This document shows, piece after piece, positions 1-10,109 of a DNA stretch of 47,308 nt. The position numbers were made by a program, and so were the translations under genes. The notes below the pieces were generated by a model. It did not search any database and was not told the DNA's origin. It saw only the letters and a program-made list of their open reading frames with translations. The stretch covers positions 1 through 47,308 of IMG/VR virus record IMGVR_UViG_3300011441_000015; one strand, 5' to 3'. The DNA comes from a virus. Taxonomy: Duplodnaviria > Caudoviricetes. Every line of letters begins with the position of its first letter. The stretch's first letter is position 1.

Positions 1-10
1 CACCGTGACC
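1..10. repeat. Terminal direct repeat CACCGTGACC (copy at 47299-47308); circular contig overlap
   Basis: First 10 nt equal last 10 nt; the minus-strand tail gene continues in frame across the junction. Confidence 0.9.
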
Positions 11-1680
11 AGGGCCGTCGCACTCGCCTCGCCAATGATGTGCGGCTCGGTCAGCGAGCAGTTCCGGCCCAACCCGGCGGGGGCGTATTCCTTGCTGTCG
101 ATGTAGGCTTGGAAGTCCGTCCCGGCATCGTCCGTGCCGGTGTCCCAGCGGTGGATCGTGGCGTCTGCGGCCATCGCGGTATACGGCGCGAGGCGCAGCC
201 CCATCGTGGCCGCGACCGAGGTTGAGAACAGGGCCGAGGCATACGCCGCGACGTTCGCGCCCGTGTGCTGTGACCAGCCTCCGCGCAGCGATTGCGTCTT
301 CGTGTCCCACTGGCCGAGCCGCACATCGAACACGATCCGCGACACCGACGCCGTGGGCACCGTCCACCAGATTTGTTTCAGGTCCGCGTAGTACACCCCG
401 TGCAGATACGAGACGCTGGTGATGTCCACCGTGGCCCAGATGTCCTCGATGTCTTCCCCGATGTACTGCAACCCGTTCGCACCGACACGGTACGGTCCCA
501 GATGGCTCAGGAAGTAGACCGCTGGCCGCCCCGACTCGTCCTCGGCACTGACAATCGTCTGGTGCCGAATGCACCCCACCGCCGCCGTCTCGCCAATCCG
601 CTGGAAGGCATTCGCGCCCGGCTCCTGCGTCGGCACGAGCAGCGAATACCCGCGCTGCCCGAAGGCGTAATGCACGCCGCCGCACGCCTCACTCAGCCCG
701 GTCACGGGATGGTCGAGACTGACGCGGTAGCTGACGGGTTGCCGCTCCAGATCCCCGATGTCATTCGCGCCGAGGATCGGCGTCCAGTAGACTTCGTTGC
801 TCAGCGGCACAAACGACGCCCCCGCCGAGGTTTCGTACGCCCCCGCCTGCAACAGCCTCGCGCCCGACTTCACGATGTACTTGAACGACGGCTGCGGCAT
901 GTTGATGCCGTCTTCCGGGCTCAGGTCCAGCGTGTCGTCAATCGTGGCGTCCGTGTCGTCGTAGGTGGTCGTGGCAATCGCGATCTGGCTCGCCACGTAC
1001 CACGTCGCGTCATCGTCCGAGTACTCGACTTCCCAATGCGTCTCACCCTCGCTGGCCGCGGTGGGGCGGGTGACGCGGATGCCGCTGTCGTCCGTGATGG
1101 ACAGGCTGGCACTCGTGCTCGCTTCGCTGCGGCGCACGGTGTCGGACCCGCTGACGTGGACCCACCGCACCCGGTAGTACCGCGTGATGGTCAGGCCAGC
1201 CCCGCCCAACGTCGCCAGCGTCGGCACCGCTGGGGTCGCGAGTCCTGCCCGGCGCACGGTGGAGCCGTCCCAGACGTGCAGCCGGTTGACCGAGCTGTTG
1301 TACGCGAGGAACAGGAACCCGCCGAGGGACACCCCGATCACGTTGGTGTGATCCGCCACGGCATCCGCCAGCGTCACCTCGGTCCAGGTCACGGCCCCCG
1401 CCAGCCGGCCGATCTGGCCAGACCCGTCCGCTGCCCACAACTCCATCGCGCTCTCGTCCACACCCGGCACATGCCGGATGAGTGAGGCGATGCCGCTCGC
1501 GAACGGCCCGCCGCTCGAGAACGTCAGGCTGAGCGACGTGCAGCCGCCCCGGCGCCGGACCAGCCCGCCCTCGGCAAAGTCCACGTTGACCGCCTCGCAG
1601 CACTGGTCATCCGGCACCGCCAGCGGGCTATCAGACCCGTTGCGGCCCCGGAGGCCCATGATCAGGAACGGCTTTGCCAC
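1..1680 (-). CDS. Tail nozzle / tubular protein B-like (P22 gp10-like), 5' part; continues at 47301-47080 (~632 aa total)
   Basis: GTG at 1680 gives MAKPFLIMGLRGRNGSDSPLAVPDDQCCEAVNVDFAEGGLVRRRGG, a typical nozzle N-terminus; absent from ORF track, consistent with running off the window edge. Confidence 0.7.
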   Translation of the reverse strand, partial: MAKPFLIMGLRGRNGSDSPLAVPDDQCCEAVNVDFAEGGLVRRRGGCTSLSLTFSSGGPFASGIASLIRHVPGVDESAMELWAADGSGQIGRLAGAVTWTEVTLADAVADHTNVIGVSLGGFLFLAYNSSVNRLHVWDGSTVRRAGLATPAVPTLATLGGAGLTITRYYRVRWVHVSGSDTVRRSEASTSASLSITDDSGIRVTRPTAASEGETHWEVEYSDDDATWYVASQIAIATTTYDDTDATIDDTLDLSPEDGINMPQPSFKYIVKSGARLLQAGAYETSAGASFVPLSNEVYWTPILGANDIGDLERQPVSYRVSLDHPVTGLSEACGGVHYAFGQRGYSLLVPTQEPGANAFQRIGETAAVGCIRHQTIVSAEDESGRPAVYFLSHLGPYRVGANGLQYIGEDIEDIWATVDITSVSYLHGVYYADLKQIWWTVPTASVSRIVFDVRLGQWDTKTQSLRGGWSQHTGANVAAYASALFSTSVAATMGLRLAPYTAMAADATIHRWDTGTDDAGTDFQAYIDSKEYAPAGLGRNCSLTEPHIIGEASATALVTV

Positions 1681-1952
1681 TAGTTGTTCACCGAAATTGT
1701 GAACTCGACTTCCAGGTCTTCACCCAGACTGGTCGTGATCGCACACGTCACCGTATAGACCTGGCCCGGTGTGCCACCTGAGAGGCGCACCGAGGCCGTG
1801 GTCGTGGTGTTCGTGGCGCTCTCATTGGTCAGCCCACCCGTCGACCAGGTGACGGCACTGATGGTGCCGCCGTTGAGATCACGGGTCCAGTTGACCGTGT
1901 GGGACACGGCTTCGTCTTTATCCTGCGGGCGTGAGCCGAGATTGCGCGCCAT
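1680..1952 (-). CDS. Small fibre-tail adaptor-like virion protein
   Basis: QDKDEAVSHTVNWT...TISAVTW...VRLSGGTPGQVYTVTCAITTS pattern; tail-module position. Confidence 0.65.
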   Translation of the reverse strand: MARNLGSRPQDKDEAVSHTVNWTRDLNGGTISAVTWSTGGLTNESATNTTTTASVRLSGGTPGQVYTVTCAITTSLGEDLEVEFTISVNN

Positions 1953-2069
1953 TTACACCACCCAGACACGAGCCCGCGCTGGCACGACCCAATAGCCGCG
2001 CCCCGATGTGACGGCCGACACCGCAATGACGCCGGCCGACGAGCCCCCCGCGAACAGCAGTAAGAGCAT

Positions 2070-2291
2070 CTACATCCCCGGAGCGGGCACCGGAGCCGGC
2101 GCTTGCGCGACGGGTTTCTGCGCCGCCTGCCGCTTGGCGTACTCCGCTTCCTGCTGCTGCTTCTGCGCGACCCACAACACGATCTTGCGGAAGTTGCTGT
2201 AGTCCTCGCGCGCCTGCAGCGCCGCCGAGCCGGCCGTGTAGAGCCCGAGCAAACAAATCACCGTGAGTAGTCCATAGCCAATCATCTTCAT
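2070..2291 (-). CDS. Hypothetical protein with N-terminal TM helix
   Basis: MKMIGYGLLTVICLLGLYTAG; ATGA overlap with the upstream stop. Confidence 0.6.
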   Translation of the reverse strand: MKMIGYGLLTVICLLGLYTAGSAALQAREDYSNFRKIVLWVAQKQQQEAEYAKRQAAQKPVAQAPAPVPAPGM

Positions 2292-3907
2292 GCTGTCCGT
2301 CCTCCGTGGCGTCGTCTGCGCCACACCAGCGGCACCAGAAGTAGTGCCGCAATCTCTTCCTTCCGAATCTTGAGCCGCATCCGGGGCGGGTCCGCCACCG
2401 ATGGCGTCACGTCCAGCCCAATAATTTCATTGCCGGTGACATAAGCCCCCGCGGGAATGGTGTCGGTCGTGCTGCTGTCGCTGTCGAGGTCGAGCGCGTC
2501 CACGCCAAGGGCGATGGCGGGAGACGCACCCACGCAACTGGCATCAGGCACACCGGCTGCGGTGCAGAGCCTGAAATCGTCTCCGGCGATGTTGGCAAAC
2601 CGTGGATCGGACGTCGACGTGGACGCGGGCGCATCTTCGTCCTGCCCGGTCGTCCCAGCCAACCACTGGGCGAAGTTGTCCGTCCCGGCGCTCTCATCGA
2701 TAAAGAACGCTTCAAAGAAGTTGTAGTAGGCGTTATGTTCGTGGTCGGCCACGGCTGGCGCATACATGCCGCCGACTTCGACGGCCGCCATGTACGGCAA
2801 GGTGTGCCCGATGTTGTTCCAAATCCGCATCCCGGCGGTCGATGCCCCGCCGATACTGATCAGGCCAGGACTAAACGCCTGTCCGTTGTAACAGACGTTG
2901 TTGATGAAATCGTCACCGGACGGGGCGCTAATGATGTTGATGCACGTCCGCACATTACCGTCCACGATGTTTTGCGAGAAAATACTGGCCGTCTCTCCTG
3001 CCGTGATGTGCGAGATGGTGAAGCCCGCAGCCGACATATCGTCAAAGTAGTTCAGCCGAAACGTGTTGCCCCCGCCCGTGTTCCCCACGGCATCGTTGTC
3101 CTTTAGGATGATGCCCGCATTGGAATCGCCACAATAGTTGTGCTGCACAATCGTGGTGTTCGTCTGGTAGAACTGAAAGCAGCTCGCATGGCCCTGGTCC
3201 GAATGACTCGTGATATGAAAGCCGGTGATCGAGTTGTTTTGGATCAGGCCGTCAATGCAGCCGTGGCCCTTGATGCCGTTGTAGTTGTCGTTCGGCGCCT
3301 CCGTCACGGACGTGATGACGAAGCCTTCGAGATGAATGCCGGTGCCCTTGCAAATGACGGGACCTGTATCCTGACGGATTTGCACCGACGTGGACGGACA
3401 GGACGCGGCCGTGTCAGGACACGAATCGATCTCCCACGAATGGCCCAGCGAGATATTGGCGTACCACGTAATGTAGTTGTTCGTCACCGAGAGATTGCTC
3501 GACCCCGCAATCGGCCCCTCGAGGTTCGGCGCTTCCAGGCGGCAATCGCCCACGCAAATGAACCGGATGCGGCTCGCCACCGCATCGCCTGTGCCGGTGT
3601 TAATGGGGCGATACCAGGTGTTGAACTCGTCAGTGCCATCAACGGAATTGTCAATATAGGTGCCGCCGAACACGTAGACCGTATCGCCCGCCGTGATCGC
3701 CTGCGAGGTGTCCGGTGTGGACCGGGTTTCGTCCCCCCACGCCGCGCGCCCAATGGTCTGCCAGCAGGTCGATCCGGCTTCGTCCCCAGCCACGTAGACA
3801 ATCGACGCCTTCACCGTGGCGTCCGTGCCGGTTGTCTTGACGCAATAGTTGGCCGCCTGTGCAGGTGCCGCCCAGAGCAGCGCCAGCAGGATCAGGACTA
3901 CTCGCAT
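2288..3907 (-). CDS. Right-handed beta-helix (pectin-lyase-like) protein with Sec signal peptide
   Basis: Probable start MRVVLILLALLWAAPAQA; AGDTVYVFGGTY motif; Asn-ladder repeats; DPRF...DDFRL. Confidence 0.75.
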   Translation of the reverse strand: MRVVLILLALLWAAPAQAANYCVKTTGTDATVKASIVYVAGDEAGSTCWQTIGRAAWGDETRSTPDTSQAITAGDTVYVFGGTYIDNSVDGTDEFNTWYRPINTGTGDAVASRIRFICVGDCRLEAPNLEGPIAGSSNLSVTNNYITWYANISLGHSWEIDSCPDTAASCPSTSVQIRQDTGPVICKGTGIHLEGFVITSVTEAPNDNYNGIKGHGCIDGLIQNNSITGFHITSHSDQGHASCFQFYQTNTTIVQHNYCGDSNAGIILKDNDAVGNTGGGNTFRLNYFDDMSAAGFTISHITAGETASIFSQNIVDGNVRTCINIISAPSGDDFINNVCYNGQAFSPGLISIGGASTAGMRIWNNIGHTLPYMAAVEVGGMYAPAVADHEHNAYYNFFEAFFIDESAGTDNFAQWLAGTTGQDEDAPASTSTSDPRFANIAGDDFRLCTAAGVPDASCVGASPAIALGVDALDLDSDSSTTDTIPAGAYVTGNEIIGLDVTPSVADPPRMRLKIRKEEIAALLLVPLVWRRRRHGGRTA

Positions 3908-4638
3908 CCACTCACTCCCATCAGCATCAAGCACCGAGGGGTGCCCCCGGCCCCACTCGCCGCAAACGAAATGATGACGCCCGCGCCGTCGTGGCTGGTC
4001 ACAGCGGTATACACGCCGTCCGTGGTCACGCCCCCGGTCGTGAGCCGGTATTGCCAGAACTCGCGCAAGCTCAGGGACGTGCCGGCCGTGAAGCTCGCGT
4101 TGGCGGTTTCGTCCGTGATGCTGGCGTTCTGCGCCGCAACGGTCACGATCACGCCCGCCGACCCCGTGGTGGTAATCGATCCGTGACTGTACGGGCCACC
4201 GGACGCGAAGTCGTTTTCGTTCGCCTGGTCGAGCGCCCAGGTGCCCGCATTGCGAAACACCGTGAACCACCAAAATATCTGCGTCGTCGTGCCGCTGGTC
4301 GAGACGGTGGGCTGAATCGTGGCCGCACCGCTCGCGAGGAAATAGCACGCCGCCGCGACGACCTGACTGGTGCCGTCGTAGATGTTCGTGCCCGCGGGAC
4401 AGGTCCACGCGCCATTGGTCGCATCGGTGGCGCTGATCGTGGGCGAGGCGCTGCTGCCGCGGATGCCCACCGCGCCTACCAGCAAGTCGCCCGCCGTCAC
4501 CGCGATCCCCGCATCAGACTGGCAGGACGTGGGGCTGCTCACGCAAGCCGTGGCGTTCTGCCCCACCAGCGTCGGCTGCGCCAGCACGGGCACCGCCCAG
4601 AGCAGGACACCGCACGCGACCAGGGCGATCCTACGCAT
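3898..4638 (-). CDS. Ser/Thr-rich beta-sandwich virion-type protein with signal peptide
   Basis: MRRIALVACGVLLWAVPVLA-QP; VTAGDLLVGAV motif; C-terminal LMLMGV. Confidence 0.65.
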   Translation of the reverse strand: MRRIALVACGVLLWAVPVLAQPTLVGQNATACVSSPTSCQSDAGIAVTAGDLLVGAVGIRGSSASPTISATDATNGAWTCPAGTNIYDGTSQVVAAACYFLASGAATIQPTVSTSGTTTQIFWWFTVFRNAGTWALDQANENDFASGGPYSHGSITTTGSAGVIVTVAAQNASITDETANASFTAGTSLSLREFWQYRLTTGGVTTDGVYTAVTSHDGAGVIISFAASGAGGTPRCLMLMGVSGCE

Positions 4639-5032
4639 CCAGAAACCCGGCCGCATACGTGGCGTTGATGTCCGTCAGCAGCGCAGCCAGGGCCGTGTTG
4701 GCCGCGCCAGTGAGGCCCAAGCCCGAGAAATACCGATACCGGCCGACCTTCTCGAGCCAGACCTGTTTCGCGGTCGGCGGGGTCGGCGCAATCGCGGCCA
4801 GGTTGATTGACTGGCCCACGGTCAGGTTGTCCGCAATCGTCTTGCGGCCATCCAGCTTCGCGGCGATGTCAATCGCCCAGCGACGAATCGCCAGCCCCGT
4901 CGTGGCCCCGTCCACGTAGTACTCCAGGTTCTTGGCGGCCTCGCCCGTGCCCGTGAACTGAATCACGAGACGCACGCGATCGTCTGGCCCAGCGGGGTCT
5001 TTCTGAATGAGAGTGGCGGTGGTGTATGCCAT
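4631..5032 (-). CDS. Hypothetical virion-module protein
   Basis: 133-aa ORF coupled to both neighbours. Confidence 0.6.
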   Translation of the reverse strand: MAYTTATLIQKDPAGPDDRVRLVIQFTGTGEAAKNLEYYVDGATTGLAIRRWAIDIAAKLDGRKTIADNLTVGQSINLAAIAPTPPTAKQVWLEKVGRYRYFSGLGLTGAANTALAALLTDINATYAAGFLDA

Positions 5033-7555
5033 TTACTGTTTCACCGTGTAAAAGACCATGATTTCGTTGGCCGCCACTTCCGCGACGTCACTGTCCGCCG
5101 CGCCCGTGACCAGCCAGCACGTCAGCCCCGTGCTGAAGCTGTAGCCCACCGGGAAGGTCGTCGTGAAGCCTGCGCCGGTCGTCGCACCCGGAATGGCGAT
5201 GCCAATCTCTGGCGTGTCCGTGCCGGGCGCCGTGCCGGCTGTGGTGTCCGCCTCGCACTTCAGGTACCGCACCGCCGCGTTGGTGTTGGTCGCCGTGATG
5301 GAGTAGAGCGTGCCAGCCGCCGTCGCGACCGCATGTTCGTCCTCGGTCGCGCCTGCGCTGATGTAGCGCACGCCAGACGCGCCACCGTTCGTGACCGCCG
5401 TGGGCGCCACCCAGAGCGCACCGCTGGCGTTCGTGTTCATCGTGGCATTCTCGGCGTTGGTCGCCGTGCTGGCCGCGAGCGTGTCGCGCCGGACGCTCAT
5501 GGCGTAGATGCCCACGCCGCCCGCCGTCTCGGCCGCATCCTCCACCGGCAGCGCCACCCCGCCCAACTGCGAGATCGACGTGACCGTTGAGACTGTCGTG
5601 ACGGTGCCCACGGTGGCGAGGACGCCGGTCGAGTCGTTCGCCAGCGTGACCCGCAGCGTGCCGCCCGAGACCGCGCCGTTATTGACCGCCGCGAGCGTGC
5701 CTGAGAATGTCGGCTGAATCGCCAGCGCGCCGTTGCGCAGCGCCCAGAGCCGCACCGCATCCTGGTCGGCACTGACATCGGTCGGCGCCGCCGCACTCGC
5801 CACAGCGCCGATGCTGACCGGGTTGCCGGCGATCGCCACGTCGTGGGACACCTCTCCGACCACTTCCAACGTGTTGACGCTGGCGGGGAGACTCGTGACC
5901 TGGACCGCGAACGTGCCCGTGCCGACCACCTGTGCTTGCAGGTTGGCGGCAGTCGCCTGCGAGATTTTGATCGTGTCGAGGCTTTCGTCCGTGACCGCAT
6001 CGCCGTTCCGCGTCTCGGGGCTGGTCATCATCGCGCGATACGTCGTCATCGCGAACGCGCCCGTTTCCCCATCGCCCACCGCATCACGCCCAGAGACGTA
6101 CACGCCACCGACCGGCGTAATCGAGGTGGTTGCCAATGTGAACGTCGAATCGTCTACGATGGACGTGCCGCCAGCCGCTGCGCCGGCCACGATGTTGACC
6201 CGCAGGGCCGTGTTGGTCGTGTCGGTGATGTCCGCGCCCGCACTGTCCCGCAGGGTCGCCGCGAGCGCCCCGGACGGCAGCGCCCAGAGCATCACCGCGT
6301 CATCGTTGGCACTGACGTTGGTCGGTTCTGTCGACGACGCCCGCGCCATGCCAATCGTGCCAATCGTTGAGGACACGGTGAGCGCCGCGTCCTGTGTCGC
6401 TTCGGTGGTCGTGCCTTGGGTACAGCGATCCCAGGTGCTGCCGTCGTAGCACATGATGAACGCGGCCACGCTTGGCGTGGTCGGGTTGCTGGTGTTGTCC
6501 GCGAGCGCCGACGCAGCCGGCATCTCCGAGTCAATCGTCACCGTGCCCGTCACCGTGGTCGAGGTCCAGAGCCGTCCAGCCGAGATTTGCAGGAACTCGT
6601 AGTCGCCTTCGGTGCCGGCTTGGTTGGCCGGGGTCGCCGTCTGTCGCGCCAAAATGACATTGCCCGCATGTCCATCGGCTGACGCTGCATCCTCGGCCCG
6701 CACCACGTCGTCTGCCAACTGCAGGGACGTGAGCGCCGCACCGTCCACTTGCACGACAAACGTGCCGGCGTTGGTCACGGCATGGCTCGCCACGCCCAGA
6801 TTGCCGCTGGCGTCGATATTCAGCCCACGCTCGTTCCCGGCTGCGTCTCGAATCGTCACGTACAGGTTGCGGTTGGCCGACATGCGGATCGCGCCCGTGT
6901 CGTCTTCGGTCACGCTGTCCGGTGTGCCGTCCGCGAAGATGCCCGCGATGGGCACGACGTCATCGGTTTCGTCGTTGAACGCCGCATCGTCAATCGCGGA
7001 GACGCCCGTGCCAGAGCAGTCGCCGCACGACACCGGGAATGGGGACGCCGTGGACACCGCGCGCAGCGTATCTGCCGCATCTTCCCAGAGCACCGCCGTT
7101 CCGGTAATCGAGGCGTCCGTGTCGGCTTCGGTGTACTGCACACCGCCACCGCCACCCGTCACGCGCACCGCACCAGACGAGTCCACCGACAGTGGCACGT
7201 AGTCCCCGTCCGCCGCGAACGCGGTGCCCGCATCGCTCCGCACCGCCAGGGCCATCACGCCAGAGGCCCCAGATGCATGGACGGCATCTTCGAGCACGAC
7301 GATGTTGTCCAGCAGTTCACCCGAGACGGCAATCGTCTGGACCGACGTGAGCACGCTGCCGAGCGTGGTTTCCGTCGAGGCCCCAGACGGCAGCGCCGAG
7401 GACACGATGTCCACGTTGCCGATGTTGGTGTCGCCCGCCGCGATGGAGGCCACCGTGACCGACGTACTCGTGCGCTGCGCCGTGACCGGCGCCGCCATCC
7501 AGAAGGCCAGCGCGATCCCGCTCAGCACACCCGAAACTGTGATCAGTCGTCGCAT
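5033..7555 (-). CDS. 840-aa Ala/Thr-rich fibre-like protein with internal repeats and signal peptide
   Basis: MRRLITVSGVLSGIALAFWMAAPVTA-Q; repeated EDAxxxxGxxG...AVR units. Confidence 0.7.
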   Translation of the reverse strand: MRRLITVSGVLSGIALAFWMAAPVTAQRTSTSVTVASIAAGDTNIGNVDIVSSALPSGASTETTLGSVLTSVQTIAVSGELLDNIVVLEDAVHASGASGVMALAVRSDAGTAFAADGDYVPLSVDSSGAVRVTGGGGGVQYTEADTDASITGTAVLWEDAADTLRAVSTASPFPVSCGDCSGTGVSAIDDAAFNDETDDVVPIAGIFADGTPDSVTEDDTGAIRMSANRNLYVTIRDAAGNERGLNIDASGNLGVASHAVTNAGTFVVQVDGAALTSLQLADDVVRAEDAASADGHAGNVILARQTATPANQAGTEGDYEFLQISAGRLWTSTTVTGTVTIDSEMPAASALADNTSNPTTPSVAAFIMCYDGSTWDRCTQGTTTEATQDAALTVSSTIGTIGMARASSTEPTNVSANDDAVMLWALPSGALAATLRDSAGADITDTTNTALRVNIVAGAAAGGTSIVDDSTFTLATTSITPVGGVYVSGRDAVGDGETGAFAMTTYRAMMTSPETRNGDAVTDESLDTIKISQATAANLQAQVVGTGTFAVQVTSLPASVNTLEVVGEVSHDVAIAGNPVSIGAVASAAAPTDVSADQDAVRLWALRNGALAIQPTFSGTLAAVNNGAVSGGTLRVTLANDSTGVLATVGTVTTVSTVTSISQLGGVALPVEDAAETAGGVGIYAMSVRRDTLAASTATNAENATMNTNASGALWVAPTAVTNGGASGVRYISAGATEDEHAVATAAGTLYSITATNTNAAVRYLKCEADTTAGTAPGTDTPEIGIAIPGATTGAGFTTTFPVGYSFSTGLTCWLVTGAADSDVAEVAANEIMVFYTVKQ

Positions 7556-8038
7556 TTACGGTACTCCCAACACAACCGCGATGATGTTCGTGGCGCTCCC
7601 CAGCGTGACCGCCGTGCATCGCGAACGAAAATAGAGAATGGGCGTGGCGACCGCATCGCCCCAGTGCGTGCCCCCGTTGCTGTCCACGGTGCCGGTGTGC
7701 GTGAGGATGGTGGTGTAGGTCGTCCCGTCCAACGACCCCTCCAGCACCACCGTCCACGACGTCGCCGCCGCACCCGTGCCCGTCACCTGCACCGCAAACG
7801 CCCGGCAGGGCCGCGTGCTCACATCCACCGCGGTCCCGTTGCCGGTACTGGTGAAGGTGTCCGACCGCGTGGCATATAGCTCCACGACGGTCTTGGAGCC
7901 TTCCGACCCCGTGACGGCCACAACCCGCGTGACTTGCAGTTTCGCGGTATCGCCCGAATATGTGACCTCATCCGCCGCGACGACCGTGCCACTGGCAGGG
8001 GTCGCTGCCGTGGTCTGAAATGTAACGTTGTCAGCCAC
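7556..8038 (-). CDS. Virion structural protein
   Basis: MADNV...AADEV N-terminus; VVLEGSLDGTTY beta-sandwich motif. Confidence 0.6.
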   Translation of the reverse strand: MADNVTFQTTAATPASGTVVAADEVTYSGDTAKLQVTRVVAVTGSEGSKTVVELYATRSDTFTSTGNGTAVDVSTRPCRAFAVQVTGTGAAATSWTVVLEGSLDGTTYTTILTHTGTVDSNGGTHWGDAVATPILYFRSRCTAVTLGSATNIIAVVLGVP

Positions 8039-8046
8039 TGCAGCTC

Positions 8047-8250
8047 CTAGTCGAGATACGTCGAGTACATGGTGTTGGCGTCATCCACGTCCGTGGTTTC
8101 GCCACCGCCGCCATCGGACGCGGCCCGCACGGTCGGCAGATCCTTCGCGATGAGCGTGGTCAGGTCCGTGCGGGTGTTCGCCGTGGCGCCCACACCCGCG
8201 TCGTAGATCGTTGCGCAGTAGGCCACGAACAGCGTGGTCAAGTCAGGCAT
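8047..8250 (-). CDS. Hypothetical protein
   Basis: ATG at 8250 (MPDLTTLF) overlaps the upstream stop. Confidence 0.55.
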   Translation of the reverse strand: MPDLTTLFVAYCATIYDAGVGATANTRTDLTTLIAKDLPTVRAASDGGGGETTDVDDANTMYSTYLD

Positions 8251-9230
8251 CAGCCCACACTCCAGGTATCTGCGGGGTAGTACCCGCCCAACCGTGAATG
8301 GCCCACCGTCCGCCGCCGGCCCATGACCGGCAACTCGTCGGTCTGGGTCTGGGTGAAGTACTTCAGCCGGGACAGCGTGTGCTGATACCGCTGCAGCGCC
8401 TGGCTGGCGCGATCCGTGTCGCCCTTGAACATCCACTCCCGCCACGCGGCGTACGCGACCAGCAGGTGGTGGAAGTCAGACGGCCACGGCGGCTCTGACG
8501 TGTTTGCCATCAGGGGCGACACGTCACGGCGCGCGTCGATGTAATACGACACCACCGCCGCCGGCGTCGGCCAGAGGTAGAACCCGAAGTAACTCGGCCG
8601 CGTCTCGCCAATCGTGATGCGCGCCAGTTCCGTCCCACCGCTCGCGTCCTCATGCAGCGTGACCGTGCCGACTGCGGGATGGCTCAGATAGAAGTCGTTC
8701 AGTTCGAGAAACGATGCGATGCCGAGACTGACCGCCGTGGTGCCCGTCATCGTCACCGCCGTCTTGCGCTGGTACCCGCCGGTAATGAACCCGTCCAGAT
8801 AGGCGGTGTTGGTGTCGCTGCTCGAGGTCGAATCCACGAAGATGTCTGACGCATCGGCCGGCTGCACCGCGACCCCGACCCGCCCGATGGGGACGTAGTG
8901 CGTCGGCGTGCCCGTGGTGGACGACGGGTCAGGGTCCATGCCCCGGTAGGCCGCGAGGCTCATCGGGTGCAGCGCCCGGTCATTCGTCCGATCCGTCATG
9001 TGGCGGATGGCCGCGATCGACTCGGGCACGACATACCGTGCCTGGCTCGCCACCGACGCGACCACACTCGGCGTGTCGCTGTCCGCGAGGTAGGCCAGCC
9101 CCGGTTCGCCCAGGACGGCGTGCACGCCTTCGGTCAGCAGCCGGCGCACGCGCGTGACGGTGCGCGCGTCAGGAGCCTCGCTGTGCGAGCACTCCTGGTA
9201 GACCGCCTGTTCTAAGTCAGCTCGTGTCAT
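8250..9230 (-). CDS. Head-tail adaptor / tail tubular protein A-like
   Basis: MTRADL...; GTPTHY; LWPTP; PSDFHHLLVAYAA motifs; lies after the head genes. Confidence 0.7.
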   Translation of the reverse strand: MTRADLEQAVYQECSHSEAPDARTVTRVRRLLTEGVHAVLGEPGLAYLADSDTPSVVASVASQARYVVPESIAAIRHMTDRTNDRALHPMSLAAYRGMDPDPSSTTGTPTHYVPIGRVGVAVQPADASDIFVDSTSSSDTNTAYLDGFITGGYQRKTAVTMTGTTAVSLGIASFLELNDFYLSHPAVGTVTLHEDASGGTELARITIGETRPSYFGFYLWPTPAAVVSYYIDARRDVSPLMANTSEPPWPSDFHHLLVAYAAWREWMFKGDTDRASQALQRYQHTLSRLKYFTQTQTDELPVMGRRRTVGHSRLGGYYPADTWSVG

Positions 9231-9321
9231 CAGATCCTTAGCCTCCCCGCGGAACCGCCACCCTCAACCAGACACAGGGACGGGCCGCGCCTAGGAGTGC
9301 GTCAGCCCCGCGGGAAGCTCG

Positions 9322-9882
9322 TTAGGCCGAAACGGCCTCATCTCCCATCGCCATGTCGAAGTACTCCGACATGCCCTCGACGAACTGCTTGCGCGGGTTG
9401 CCTGGATACGCCAACTGCCGCAGCACCACCAGCATGGGCGGCACGAGGAACTTGTCATCGCGCGTCACCGGGAACGTCACCCGGATCGCCGTCGTCTCCC
9501 CCTTGGCGTTCTTGTCGGCTGTCACCGCCACCGCCATGTCCGAGCCATCCCGGCGCAGCGTGCGGAACTCGCCCGCCTTGACCAGTTCCGCTAGTTCCAG
9601 CTCGCGGTAGTGATGCGCCTCGGGGAACTTGTGGACCGGGAAATGGTTGTAGTAGAACTCGTGCGTCAAGATGTTCTCCCGTGGCCGCGCCGTATCGCCC
9701 TCGGGATAGCTCAGGCTCGAGACCAGCGGCGCCTGCGCGTTCTCGGGCTTCAGCGCCTTCTGCATCGCCGTCGCCTGGCCCTGCAGCAGTTCCCGAATCG
9801 TGTCCGGCGTCAGCGCAGACTGCTCCTGCTGCTTCGCCATCAAGGCTTCGATCAGTAGTTCGAACTTCTCGTCAGTCGTCAT
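9322..9882 (-). CDS. Hypothetical head-module protein
   Basis: 186-aa ORF coupled to the upstream ORF. Confidence 0.6.
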   Translation of the reverse strand: MTTDEKFELLIEALMAKQQEQSALTPDTIRELLQGQATAMQKALKPENAQAPLVSSLSYPEGDTARPRENILTHEFYYNHFPVHKFPEAHHYRELELAELVKAGEFRTLRRDGSDMAVAVTADKNAKGETTAIRVTFPVTRDDKFLVPPMLVVLRQLAYPGNPRKQFVEGMSEYFDMAMGDEAVSA

Positions 9883-10109
9883 CGGTTCTCCGTCGCCAAC
9901 AGGTTGGTGCCCGCCTCCACCAGGTTCTCGTCCGCGCTGTAGTCGGTGCCCGCGGCGATGTTCTCGCTGTTGCCCCAGGTCGTGAACGCGGGCGGCAGCG
10001 CGCCGTCAATCGTCCGCTCCCGCGACGTGATGCGGTCGCTCAACTCGCCCACGACCCCGCTGAACATGTTGTCGATGGCCTCACTCCGCGCTTTTGATGT
10101 CCGTGCCAT
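9879..10109 (-). CDS. Hypothetical protein
   Basis: 76-aa ORF within the operon. Confidence 0.55.
   Translation of the reverse strand: MARTSKARSEAIDNMFSGVVGELSDRITSRERTIDGALPPAFTTWGNSENIAAGTDYSADENLVEAGTNLLATENR

Noticed and set aside
292-1485. 397-aa plus-strand ORF
   Set aside because: Antisense shadow of the minus-strand tail nozzle gene; Arg-rich composition with no motifs
3908-4408. N-terminal extension of the 706-aa ORF
   Set aside because: Overlaps gene 3898-4638 in another frame; the signal peptide and SD support a start at 3907
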